A stretch of 64,000 bases of DNA, from positions 12,650,001-12,714,000 of the forward strand of contig NC_087250.1 of the NCBI RefSeq assembly GCF_037042905.1. Reading direction: 5' to 3'. The DNA is from Lytechinus pictus (taxonomy: Eukaryota). Within the stretch, counting starts at the first letter, position 1; every line of letters starts with the position of its first letter. The translations under genes and the position numbers were made by a program. Below are positions 12,633 through 23,589 of this stretch, in pieces. The notes under the pieces are model-generated. The model was not told the DNA's origin and ran no database searches. It was given only the letters and a program-made list of their open reading frames with translations.

Positions 12633-12790
12633 CTTGCACTGCCTGTGCACATAATCCGGAATCCAAATTTATAGAACATATCCTAGTAAGTGAAAAAGCT
12701 GGAGATTTCGTGCCAGATCAGAATGATATGCAGTGGTATTTGTTATATTGGTGCAACGCGATTTGGTGTACTTTGATCCGTTGCGAGTTT
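12633..12790 (-). other. Candidate 5'-UTR exon of gene B ending in a GC donor
   Basis: Non-repetitive stretch ending in AAG|GCAAGT, a consensus GC-AG donor, which could pair with the acceptor at 10033 upstream of the gene B ATG. The 5' boundary is a guess. Confidence 0.35.
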
Positions 12791-13777
12791 GCATAGGTAC
12801 GTACGTAGACTACATGTAGCTATGCTATGATGAGCAAGATCCCATTTTGGTACATGTACATGGGGTTTCCCCGATAATCGCTGATACCGAGTGAGGGCAG
12901 GCTCCCATTATTAAATCCATTCTGTCAGATATTCATCGTCTGTTTTTAAAACTGTCTTTGAATATTGTAAGAATTCACTTTGCAGATTTCTCCTAACTAC
13001 CTTCCTTTTTATTTTGCTAGTTTATTGACAAATATATACGTACGTTGATTATTTCCAAATTAAGTCAGCCCGGCAAATTAGGGCCCTCGGTTCAATAAAT
13101 CGAGTGACAGTATAAATATATTATTACATGGTGACGGTAGTAATGATAATAATAAAAGCACGGTGTATTAAAATAATGATGATGATGATGAAGGTAATGA
13201 TAATAATCATAATAATGATAGTAATAGTAATAATAATGATAATAATAATAATGATAGTATAGTATCTATATTAAACCTAAAAATCGATAAGCGGCTGGTT
13301 TGTTATTATCATTAGATTATTTTAGTGCTTGATGTGTTTTCCGTTTGGCCCTGCTTTTATTGTAATTTTCAAATATGGACTTAAATTGATTTATATTGAG
13401 GGCCGTAGTCTTTCTTGAGGGGCGTCCTTTTTCAAGCCTTTGTGCTTATGACTGTCCCCTCCCATGCAATGATTGTTTGTTATTTTACCGTAAAAATATT
13501 GTCAATATATTTTATGTTGTATGGTCAATTTTTGGAATGTAAATAAAGAATCAATCAATCAATCAACAATAATGATAATGATAGTAATAATAAAAATTAT
13601 GCCATTGACGATTCAAATTATAATAATTTTGATAGTAATTATGGGTACATGGGTGTCGTTCCGTGGCGCTCATGAGAAAGGAATAGTCAAGACAAATAAT
13701 AATAAAAAAAAAAACATGTGGACCGAACGAGCAATTTAATCTACTTTTTAATTGAGGTATTGAAACTCTTAAAAATA

Positions 13778-14290
13778 AACAAGTGGAGCGCCTCTAGCAT
13801 GCAGTCTCGCCTGCATTACGCGATTCAATATACCAGCAATGCTGACTTTGAAAACAACTGTAGAATAATCATTCACAAAAACACCATTCATATGATGACA
13901 AAATACATGCATGTACTATGTTCATTGACCCTTGATTACTCTTATGTCTAAGTTTTGTGAACGAGGTTCATATACTTTCTAAGTCATGATGACGTTTTAA
14001 AAAACTTAACCTTCGATTACGATTTGATGTTGATTCGCCCAACATGGTCTAAATTCATTGAACCTAAATGATCTTTGTCCTTGATCATGTGACCTCAACC
14101 CCTAGCAGGAAGTTCAGTAATAATAATCATTATGTCGAATTTTCATGAACTAGGCACATATACTTTTTAAGTTGACATTTCAAAAACTTAACCTTTGGTT
14201 AAGATTTGATGTTGACGACGCCGCCGCCGCCGTCGTCGTCAAAAAAGCGGCGCCTATAATAGTCTCGCTCTGCTATGCAGGCGAGACAAT
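13778..14290 (+). mobile_element. Helentron/HINE-like element; relatives at 3640-4506 (+), 23797-24526 (-) and 46310-46400
   Basis: Begins aacaagtggagcgcc; subterminal IR gtctcgcctgcat/atgcaggcgagac, a 3' hairpin and internal tgacct-rich tandem repeats. Confidence 0.65.
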
Positions 14291-14327
14291 AATGGCTAAG
14301 ATGATAGTAGTAAACGTATGGCCCCTT

Positions 14328-17300
14328 CAGGGGCGGATCCAGCCTTCGCCAATAGGGGGGGGGCCGGATTTTTTTTCAGCCATACTTTCCCGCCGGGCGG
14401 GCATATTTTCCCCGATCGGCCGCTCGAAGATGATTTTTGGTTTCTTTGAAGGGGTAGTTCTAATAGTCACTTTTTAGCTTTATTCTTATGAATCAACATA
14501 AATATGTAATATCATAATCCTTATCTATATAATGCGAGCGCAAAGCACGAGCTAAATTTTTGGAAATCATATGTATTTTTTCCTAAAATTCGAACATTCT
14601 GGGCAATGTTTGTTATCCTGAAAAAGATGTGTATGCAACTACATAATTACTACGAACGCAAAGCGCGAGCAGAAATGAACTGATTGAAAGGTACCTGTTA
14701 AAGACTGCATGCAGTTAGCCATGAAGACGTTACATATTTTAAAAATCAAATAATGCGAGCGCGAAGCGCGAGTAAAATTTTGTGGGAATCTTATGTATTT
14801 TTCCTAAAAATTTGAACATTCTGGACAATGTTTGTTAACCTGAAAAAGATGTGTATGCAATTAAATAATTACTACGAACGCGAAGCGCGAGCAGAAATCA
14901 ACTGATGGAAAAAATACCTGTTAAAAACTGCATTACATTTAGCTATGAAGACGTTACATATTTTAAAAATCAAATAATGCGAGCGCGGAGCGCGAATAAA
15001 ATTTTTTGGGAATCTTATGTATTTTTCCTAAAAATTTGAACATTCTGGACAATGTTTGTTAACCTGAAAAAGATGTGTATGCAACTAAATAATTACTACG
15101 AACGCGAAGCGCGAGCAGAAATGAACTGATTGAAAAGGTACCTGTTAAAGACTGCATGCAGTTAGCCATGAAGACGTTACATATTTTAAAAATCAAATAA
15201 TGCGAGCGCGAAGCGCGAGTAAAATTTTGTGGGAATCTTATGTATTTTTCCTAAAAATTTGAACATTCTGGACAATGTTTGTTAACCTGAAAAAGATGTG
15301 TATGCAATTAAATAATTACTACGAACGCGAAGCGCGAGCAGAAATCAACTGATGGAAAAAATACCTGTTAAAAACTGCATTACATTTAGCTATGAAGACG
15401 TTACATATTTTAAAAATCAAATAATGCGAGCACGGAGCGCGAGTAAAATTTTTTGGGAATCTTATGTATTTTTCCTAAAAATTTGAACATTCTGGACAAT
15501 GTTTGTTAACCTGAAAAAGATGTGTATGCAACTAAATAATTACTACGAACGCGAAGCGCGAGCAGAAATGAACTGCTTGAAAAGGTACCTGTTAAAGACT
15601 GCATGCAGTTAGCCATGAAGACGTTACATATTTTAAAAATCAAATAATGCGAGCGCGAAGCGCGAGTAAAATTTTTTGGGAATCTTATGTATTTTTCCTA
15701 AAAATTTGAACATTCTGGACAATGTTTGTTAACCTGAAAAAGATGTGTATGCAATTAAATATTTACTACGAACGCGAAGCGCGAGCAGAAAACAACTGAT
15801 CGAAAAAATACTTGTTAAAAACTGCATTACATTTAGCTTTGAAGACGTTACATATTTTAAAAATCAAATAATGCGAGCGTGAAGCGCGAGCTGAAATTTG
15901 TTGACATTTTTACCCAAAGAATGGAAATTCTAAGCACTTTTTGCAACTTAAACAGAATAGGTATATAACTAAACAATTGATGCGAGCGGAAAATTTCGAG
16001 ATTTAGACCTACTGAACGAGACACTCTATTCATGTTTTGTAAATCATGAAAAAGATGAGTAATTGGGGCTCTTTTTTACATTGATAATGCGAGCGAAAAG
16101 CGCGAGCAGAAAATTTTCATATGCGTTTTGAACTGATCGAAAAGGTACCAGTTAAGGACTGCCACTTAGCCATGAAGACGTTACATATTTCAACAATCAT
16201 ATAATGCGAACGCGAAGCGCGAGCTGAACATTTTTTACATTTCTACATAAAGAATGAAACATTTTAATCAATTTTTATAATCGTGAACAAGATAGCTATA
16301 TGATAACTAAACAATTGATGCGAGCGCGAAGCGCGAGCTGAAAAAATGGGACACTCTATCCATGTTTTGTAAATCATGAAAAGAATTAGTAATAGGGGAT
16401 CTTTTTACATTTATAATGCGAGCACACAGCGCGAGCAGAAAAGTTTTGATATTGTGATCTGAATCTGGATAATGATTTAAATAGAGAACAAGTCGAGTAT
16501 CGAATAAACATGCGCGTGCGTGTTTCATGTTTAGACCTAGAATAAGGCATTCTAAATACATCTTTAATTGTGAAAATCAAATCGAGCGCGAAGCGCGAGC
16601 TTAAACTATTTTATATTCCGATCTGAAAAATGAGTCAATTTCAGCTCTATATTTCAAGCACTTTGTAGAAAAATTGTGAGGTGGATATACATGTAGATCG
16701 CACTTAATAAAGAGCTGATATTTTTCAGCATTATTACTTTGAGTTTAGACATTGGACCGGCACATCCTTAGGACATGTCATCATATAAAAATGAAGAGTT
16801 TGAAGACTGTCTTCCTATTCCTCTTGCTAAGCGCGAAATGAAACAAAAGGGACAATTCAATTATTAAATTAATATCTTATTCATTAATACCTAGTGAGGG
16901 CGCGAAATCTGGTGATATGATAGCCTGAAAACTTGACATTTCAAGCACTTTTTGTAATTATAACTAGGATGCATCAGTTAATATATTATTAACCATTAAT
17001 GCGAGCGCAAATTGCGAGCCTAAATTTTTATACACTGTCATGAAAAGGGGATTTTAAGTAGTTTATTTTATAATCAATATTGAGACATACATAACTCGCC
17101 AATCAAAATGCTAGCGTGCAGCGCTAGCTGATAGTTTTGACAATCAGACCTGAAAAGGGATATTTTGAAAACTTTATGGAATACACGAAAATAATAAGTA
17201 CCTGATAAATCAAAATTTGCGAGCGCGCAGCGCGAGCAGAAAATGTCAATATTCAGACCATAAAACTGACATTTTTACAGAGCACTTTTTATAAATCAAT

Positions 17301-17675
17301 TTGTAAATCACACAAAATAATGAAAGTTCGATTTCCGAAATGAAATATGTTTTTTTGTATATTGACTTCCAAACTTGATATTTAAACTCCATATTGAACA
17401 AGATATGTAAATCACCTAAAAGGCAATGCGAGCGCGAAGCGCGAGCGAAAATTTTATATAGTGACATGAAAGATTTTCTTAATTATTTTCCAAGTCTTCC
17501 CCTCATCTTATTTTATTTACTCGTCTTCTTCCTCTTTTGTTTCCCCTTCTTTTTTTTCCTCTCTCTTCCCTTCTTTTTCTTTCTTTCCCCTTTTTTTCTT
17601 TTTCTTGCTCCGCCAATAGGGGGGGGGGGGGGGGGGCTCGGGCCCCTCAGGCCCCCCCCCCTGGATCCGCCTATG
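14328..17675. mobile_element. 3.3-kb hAT-like non-autonomous element (CAGGGGCGGATCCAG termini)
   Basis: CAGGGGCGGATCCAG...CTGGATCCGCCTATG with many GCGAGCGCGAAGCGCGAG motifs; no clear TSD. Confidence 0.75.
14530..15900. repeat. Tandem array of ~224-bp units with alternating A/B variants (~447-bp higher-order unit)
   Basis: taatgcgagc...gggaatcttatgtatttttcctaaaaatttgaacattctgg recurs at ~14751, 14975, 15198, 15422 and 15645. Confidence 0.92.
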
Positions 17676-18530
17676 CTTTTATTCTGAAATTCAGTTTAAA
17701 ATCAATTTTAACCGAAAAATTTGTATACTCCCGCAATGTAAATTTTCTAAATAAATATATTTTATCGAAGGTTCAATTTGGTTTCAGAAAGAAACATTCA
17801 ACTACCCATGTATTATTAATGTTTATAGATAAAAATAGCTACATCTATTGACGCTTTTTCTCTTACTGTTGGTTTATTTCTGGACTTCTCCAAGGTTTTG
17901 GATACAATTAATCATGACATTCTTATTTTCAAATTATCACATTATGGAATACGTGGAAAGGCCTTGAAGTGGTTCAGAAGTTATCTATATAACCGTCAGC
18001 AGTTTGTATGTATTAACAATCAAGAATCTCATAACAAACGTGTTACATGCGGAGTGCCACAGGGTCTTTACTAGGCCCTTTATTATTTCTCATTTACATT
18101 TAATGACTTTCAATATTGTTCTAATATTCTTTCATTCCTTCTGTTTGCAGATGACTCCAATATATTTATCTCTCACAAAAATCCTCAAACTCTCTTATAT
18201 ACACTAAATCATGAACAGATTTTTGTTCTTAATTGGATACATTCTAATAAATTGCCTCTTAATATTAATCAATCAAATTATATCTTATTCAGTAATACGA
18301 TCGCTAACTTACCCGGACCTGTATTTTTAAACAACACACCTCTTGTAAAGGTTGACACGACAACTGATTTCTTGGCGTATATATCGACAGTAAATTAACT
18401 TGGAAAGCCCACATTAATCACATTAGTAAAATTATATCCAGAAATACTGGTGTCATCTGCAAACTTAAGTCATCCTTTCCCACCCGTGTCTTGTTATGTT
18501 TATGGTCCACTCTAATTTTGCCGTATTTAA

Positions 18531-19139
18531 AGATCAAGTCCACCCCAGAAAAATGTTGATTTGAATCAATTGAGAAAAATCCAACTAGCATAACACTGAA
18601 AATTTCATCAAAATCGGATGTAAAATAAGAAAGTTATGGCGTTTTAAAGTTTCGCAAATTTTTCACAAAATAGTTATATGCACAAGTCAGCAACATGCAA
18701 ATGAGAGAGTCGATGATGTCCCTCACTCACTATTTATTTTGTTTTTTATTGTTTGAATTACACAACATTTCAATTTTAACAAATTTGACAATAGGGACCA
18801 ACTTGATTGAACCATAAAATGTTACAAACAATGGTAATACCAAATGTTCAGAAAGAAACAAAACTTTCTTTCACATGACAAAAAGGGGAAAATTAGAATA
18901 ATTCATATTTCATATAATAAAATACAAAATAAATAGTAAGTGGATGATATCATCAGTTCCCTCATTTGCATACAGACCAGGATGTGCATATAACAGTTTT
19001 CTAAAATTAAGCTAAAATTTAAAAATGTCATAACTTTCTAATTTTACATCCGATTTTAATGAAATTTTCAGCGTGGTGCTTGTTGGATTTTTCTCGATTT
19101 TTTATTCAAAACAACTTTTTTTTAGGATGGACTTGTCCT
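18531..19139. mobile_element. TTAA-flanked MITE (AGGxCAAGTCCACCCC family); further copies at 37860-38154 and 59575-60176
   Basis: The TTAA duplication interrupts the LINE coding sequence (ccgtat-TTAA-attacggt); matching TIRs. Confidence 0.88.
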
Positions 19140-19411
19140 TTAAATTACGGTATCCTTTCTTTTGGGAACAGTTCAAAACTTCATATCAATAAAATTCTTC
19201 TTATCAAAAATGACTAATAAGAATTATTAATAAAACAAGTTACCGGGCTCATTTAAGCAACTCTTTTATTCATGTAATGATCTATAAATCTGATCCTTAT
19301 GCATTTAACTTTGGAATATTTATGTTTCAATTCTCGAGAAAAGAATTACCCACTACTGTATCTTCTCTATTAAATGGTGAGATTCACAGCTATCCTACTC
19401 GTCAGAGGCAT

Positions 19412-19800
19412 TATTATACAAATAATGCACGTAAGCGCGGGCATGCAGGGCCAAATAATGAGCGATGTGCGAGAAGAGCCAATGGATACACCGCACCGAG
19501 GTCCGCAGGACCGAGTGCGGTATATCCATTTGGCGAGTCGAGCTCATTATATAGGTCCTCTATATGCACAAGAATGCGTGCGTTGTTTGTTTTATACACC
19601 CACCCCTCCCCCATGTTACTGAGTTGCCCCGAATGCTATATTTTTATCTAAATTCTAGATAATTCTAGATAATTCCAGACCTCGCACTATCCCGCACTCT
19701 GACGTCAGAGTGCAGGATAGTGCATTTTGGATGCAATGGTGCAATTCGCTGAATATCATGTGATCCGATTTGGACCAATCTTCTTGGGAGTTGTATAATA
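19412..19800. mobile_element. Crypton-like non-autonomous element
   Basis: TATTA-TACA...TGTA-TAATA ends with an internal long imperfect hairpin. The empty site cattattatcatcttcc is present in the paralogous LINE near 27750. Confidence 0.65.
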
Positions 19801-20934
19801 TCATCTTCCACATACTCGTACAGCTTTTTCACATACAACAACTATTGTCACAGGTCCATTTTGGAATGATCTACTACCCGACTCTAAAGATTGCAATTCT
19901 ATAATACTTTTAAGCGTAAATTAAAACTTTTATTTTAAACAAATATCTTAATGACAATTCCTCGGCTCCCTAGTGTTCCTCTTAACTATTGTCAGACCAC
20001 CCTCCTGTGTGTTTTTCCCTTCTTCTTTCTCTCGTTTTTTGGAAATATTTCTCTCTTTCTCTTTCTTTTCTTGTAACATATTAATATTAAAACAAAGTGA
20101 CAATTACCTATAATTTTATTAGGCCTAATAGGAAAACTATAAATTACAAGCTCTGCTTTTTTTTTGAGGGGCCCACATTGTACAAGCATTAGTGGGTCCC
20201 TCCATTTTCATTTCCATCTTTATTTAATTTCTATTGAAAAAATAGTATACATATTTGAAAACCTACAATGTGTTGCCCAAATTGTCTAGGTGTTTTTTTT
20301 CACAACATATGTATTATTAATTTTTTTTTTGCAACGGATACAAATATTTATGTTTATATATTATGGTATACAATTTGTTTTTGTTTGATGGAAGTGAAGT
20401 AAATAAATTTGAATTTGAAATTTGAATTTGAATAGTTTGCCCTTCATACCCTCATCTTGATCTCTCTCTAATCTGAACGTTCAATTGTATAACATTTGTC
20501 TTAATCATTATGAATAATGGTGATGTATTGTATTATTTTATTAATTATTGATAATTTAATGTTTTTCGATGGACGTTACATTGTATTTGATATTTTGTGA
20601 GATGTGATAAACAAAACCAAACCGTGGTGTTACTTAAATCCTAGAATTGCAGTCATTATTCCATTAAGGCTGTGTGTGATTTGTATCAAATGATTTGATA
20701 GATGGAATCTGTGTTGGTCGGGTCTTGATGTCACACCAGGCTATACACATTCAAACCAAAACTTGAGACCAGAGTTTATATCAAAATTGAATATAGAATT
20801 AGGGTAATAGAGGGTAAATTTGTTGCACCTAAAGCGACAACGGATAGATTAGTCATGCATAAATTATCCATCATCACTTTAATCCGACCTGAAACAAATT
20901 CAAGGTCTTAATTACATTCTAATAAGAAATATTA

Positions 20935-21249
20935 TATTGACCCACCTCTCACTAATTCTCTTGTTATTCATCATTTCCTCACACCCCCTATCACTGTTTT
21001 GTTCCAGATCCTGTTTGATATCCTGTTTGATTACTTACACTGACTTCCCTTTGTGTCTACCTACTCTTTTGCTTTCATCCCCTTCTCTAACCTGATTGGT
21101 CATCGCAACTCTCTAATGGCCTTTTTGTCCCCTTGTATCTAGTGTTGTTGTTGCATGTTTATGGTCTATATTATGTTTGTTATATTTGTAATTTTGCCTC
21201 CGACGAAGATTCTGCTAGGATCGAAAGCTTAGGCCCCTTTTTGACTCTC
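20935..21249 (+). mobile_element. Penelope-like element fragment (pLTR-type) with 12-bp target-site duplication
   Basis: Flanked by taagaaatatta at 20923-20934 and 21250-21261; ends with a hammerhead-like motif typical of Penelope pLTRs. Confidence 0.7.
21196..21234 (+). ncRNA. Degenerate minimal type I hammerhead ribozyme
   Basis: GCCT-CCGACGA-A-GATTC(TGCTA)GGATC-GAAA-GC-TT-AGGC: stem I GCCT/AGGC, stem II, and palindromic AGCT stem III. The CUGANGA core carries a U->C change. Confidence 0.6.
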
Positions 21250-21349
21250 TAAGAAATATTACAGTAAGAATTAAAAAAAATATGTTCTACGATGATTGAT
21301 AAGCTTGTGACCCATGATCGTTAAGTGGGTCTTTTGTCCTGTTGGTCCA

Positions 21350-21571
21350 TCAGTTATAAACAGCAACAGCTACGAAGGTTGCACACAACATGGCCAGCAG
21401 CTTCGCGGGGTAGACAGTGCCGACACCGTTACAGAAATCACCGTCACAACAGTGGATACAGGCTGTAATCCCCTCGTCGCTCGCGCAAGTGTTAAGACAG
21501 TCCACGGTCGCATCAACGCAACCCCGAGCCCAGGTTTGACCTAGTACATCACCTAGATCCGTCGAACCTTT
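21350..21571 (-). CDS. Ly6/uPAR gene A, coding exon 3: KGSTDLGDVLGQTWARGCVDATVDCLNTCASDEGITACIHCCDGDFCNGVGTVYPAKLLAMLCATFVAVAVYN*
   Basis: Acceptor ctcttacag|AAA, phase 0. Has the RGC and CCxxDxCN LU signatures, then small residues and a hydrophobic GPI-type tail, ending at TGA (21350-21352). Not in the ORF track on this strand. Confidence 0.92.
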   Translation of the reverse strand, partial: KGSTDLGDVLGQTWARGCVDATVDCLNTCASDEGITACIHCCDGDFCNGVGTVYPAKLLAMLCATFVAVAVYN

Positions 21572-22466
21572 CTGTAAGAGATCAAATTACACAAGTGATC
21601 ATCATAAAAGAAAATAAATGTACACAAAGAGGACATTAAAGTGTTGACCTTCCATTGATTAAAACCAAAGTCATAAGGGTAAAAGACCTGCTTCCGATGA
21701 TAGGTTAACATTTTGTTCGATGTAAAAAAAAAAAAAAAAAAAAAAAAAAGTGGTATAGAGGTTAAAAACGGCAGATGTATAATTACCAGAAGCAGATACG
21801 TAAACTGTCACCCCCAAACCAACTATAAGTCTCCCAAAATGAATCTTGAGATTTGCTTGTAGCTTGAAAAAGTATATCCCGGGCTTTAAATATAACATAA
21901 CACTTGTTAAAATTTATTAAAACTGATGCTGACACGCAGTATTTCATTGAATCAAGTAAGTGAAAATTCGGGATATAAAAAGCACGAGGTGTGCACTTGG
22001 TCAAATTTCACTCAGTCAGGAAAAAATTGTTTAAAAAAGAAAGAAAAGTATCTGCGCCGCGGCTTACAAAGAGTTGCGATTGATCCAATCAACCACAACT
22101 ATGGAAAGCCAGTAACCTCAACATAATTTTATAAAACAGACGTTTGTTCAAAATATTTAATTTGTAGATAATATATTCATACATTCACTATTTTCTTGAC
22201 AAGTCAGTTTGCTCTTTTTTCCTTCAAACGACATTGTGCAAATTTCCTAAAGAAAATGACATTGATGGATTTCCATATACTTGAGGTTAGTCGGATCAAT
22301 TGTAACTCTTTGTAAGACTGGGCCCTGCTATTTCGTCTTTTACAACTTCAAATTTTCCAGTATGCAGAGGGAAAATTATTCATTCAGAAAAGTTCATTTT
22401 ATGAATTTTACTTTTTGAAGACCAAATATTATTCTGGTTATTTAATGTCCGGCTAGCCAGGAGAAA

Positions 22467-23063
22467 CCGGAGGGGGGGGGGGCACTCAGTATATAATGCA
22501 TAGTGGGTATGTGCCGCGGAGGGGACCCCCATTTTTACACTCAAATTTCCGTTCCAAGGCATAGCATTTTTGTCTCATTGAGAAAAAGAACAAAGAAAGC
22601 CGCTCCAAAGCATATATATAGCATTTTCTTCTTATCGTGAAAAAAAAAGAAGAAAGAAGTCCGCTCCAAAGCTTCGCATGTTTTCCGTTACGCCGTTCCA
22701 GCCGCATTGATCTGCTACAATGAGCCGCAATTTTGGTGAAAAGCGGCCGCAGAGCGCTGTCCGGCTATCGCCTCTGCGCTAGCGCACCCGCGGCGGCCGT
22801 GCCGCCGGGCTAGCTGCATGCACGTATGCCCGTTCCATAGGGATGCATACGCACTCACACGCAGGCGACCCGTTCCAAGGACCCCCGTTTTCACAAACAT
22901 TTGTAGTTTCGAAGCCCGTTCCGAGGAACCTCCTTTTTACAATAAGCCCGCTCCAAGGCCCACATTTTCGCCTCGCCCGCGGCACGTACATACCATGGAC
23001 CTATTACGAATAGGTCCATGTACATACATACTACGTTTTTGGTCGAGTACCCCTCCCCCGGGG
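22467..23063 (+). mobile_element. CCGG(G)n-terminated MITE, copy 1 (gene A intron 2)
   Basis: CCGGaGGGG..GCACTC...GAGTACCCCTCCCCCGG with ggagaaa duplicated on the flanks; homologous to 62317-62854. Confidence 0.8.
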
Positions 23064-23446
23064 GGAGAAACAAACTTTACACATGTTGATTTTTATAACT
23101 ACACTCTATAATAAACTATATTGAAGATAGCAGACCTTGGGCACTTTAAGTTCATTTTCTGGTGGGGTTCACTATAAGTTTGTATAAATATATTATATAG
23201 TTCGTCCAAACAGTAATGCAATATATAAGGTTTATATTATCCTATATGATTAGACTCATACTCACATTGGTACTTAACTATATATTCATGAAATGAGTTA
23301 GGAAAGATTTCTGGAATGAAAAAAAAAATATTTCGTTGGGGGAAAAAATACACAGCAAAAAACGGACTAATCACATCAACAACTGCAAATCAAAATAGAA
23401 AAAACACCCATCCCAAGCACTTATAGGCCTAAAATAAAACACTTAC

Positions 23447-23589
23447 AGCACAGCCATTTGGGCAATCAACGTCAGTGACATTGGAATCCTTTGGAAACGG
23501 ATCTTGACATCTTGGGTCACTTCCGGGAATATCCGGCGATGCGCTGACGTAGGCACAAGAGTAACATTTGTCTGCTTCGCCAACACGAG
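23447..23589 (-). CDS. Ly6/uPAR gene A, coding exon 2: (A)RVGEADKCYSCAYVSASPDIPGSDPRCQDPFPKDSNVTDVDCPNGCA
   Basis: Acceptor ccacag|CT and donor GCT|GTAAGT; 143 nt, phase 1 to 0. Contains CYxC, Cys1-5 of an LU domain and an NVT sequon. Confidence 0.92.

Larger units (their letters stand above)
17700..20622 (+). mobile_element. Degenerate CR1/L2-group LINE interrupted by three younger insertions
   Basis: Frameshifted RT motifs (QFGFRKKHST, FLDFSKVLDTINHD, GVPQG, LFADDS). LPYL/NYGIL is split by the TTAA element at 18531. Confidence 0.88.

Noticed and set aside
14530..17450. CRISPR-like repeat-spacer array
   Set aside because: The spacers are homologous to each other, the array lies within MITE TIRs, there are no cas genes and the context is eukaryotic.
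21314..21544. Plus-strand 76-aa ORF
   Set aside because: It is the antisense shadow of gene A exon 3.
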